Source: a virus
Lineage: Duplodnaviria > Heunggongvirae > Uroviricota > Caudoviricetes
IMG/VR virus record: IMGVR_UViG_3300024270_000052
Reading direction: 5' to 3' (one strand)
DNA length: 16,670 nucleotides
The notes beneath the pieces were generated by a model. The model was not told where the DNA came from. It saw only the letters and a list, made by a program, of their open reading frames with translations, and did not search any database. How positions within the stretch are numbered: position 1 is the first letter of the stretch; every line of letters begins with the position of its first letter. This document shows positions 16,467 to 16,670 of this stretch, piece by piece. The position numbers were made by a program, and so were the translations under genes.

Positions 16467-16657
16467 GTTGTATATTCTTGAAGTACAGAAGCTAATGTAC
16501 GCCTAAAATCTTCATTTCTTTGAACTCGTAATTTTAAATCATCCATTTCAGCTTTTTCTTTATCTAATTGTTTTGCCATAGCTAATAATGAATGAGCGGC
16601 TGCTTCTAAATCGCGAGCAGCTTGTGTTAAGTTTTTTGAAGTTTCGTTTTCATCCAT
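16463..16657 (-). CDS. Hypothetical coiled-coil protein, 64 aa
   Basis: Track ORF with a heptad-like helical sequence, ending in TGA. The upstream context is cut by the window edge. Confidence 0.6.
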   Translation of the reverse strand: MDENETSKNLTQAARDLEAAAHSLLAMAKQLDKEKAEMDDLKLRVQRNEDFRRTLASVLQEYTT

Positions 16658-16670
16658 AGATTAACTACTC

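Noticed and set aside
1-16670. Suppressor tRNA (CUA), release factor gene or CRISPR array
   Set aside because: No cloverleaf with D/T-loop consensus, RF-like ORF or repeat-spacer array was seen; the recoding machinery, if phage-encoded, lies outside this window.

Overview
AT-rich segment of a large tailed phage, probably infecting a Firmicutes/Clostridia host (strong GGAGG ribosome-binding sites, TG-extended sigmaA-type promoters, class III RNR). It uses a reassigned genetic code: TAG is read as Gln (code 15), while TAA and TGA remain stops. Reading TAG as Gln joins the broken ORFs into 13 genes carrying 28 in-frame TAGs, several in recognisable motifs. Left part (1-7063): a holin-like gene end, a degenerate LytTR response regulator, a six-gene plus-strand cassette of unknown function (Gln-rich, Gly/Cys-rich, beta-sandwich-like, ending in an HEXXH peptidase), a membrane protein whose SD is buried in a 20-bp hairpin, ruvC, dut and three hypotheticals. 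Right part (7100-16657, minus strand): a replication/nucleotide block of dnaE, a Zn-ribbon ORF, gmk, nrdD, a MuF-like ORF and nrdG, which contains no TAG codons. dnaE is split at its catalytic motif (ELP|DIDID) by a 1182-nt group I intron (13848-15029) carrying a GIY-YIG homing endonuclease, which holds the only TAG in that block. No tRNA, rRNA or CRISPR array was seen. Translations, counts and RNA pairings were done by hand; no database searches were run.
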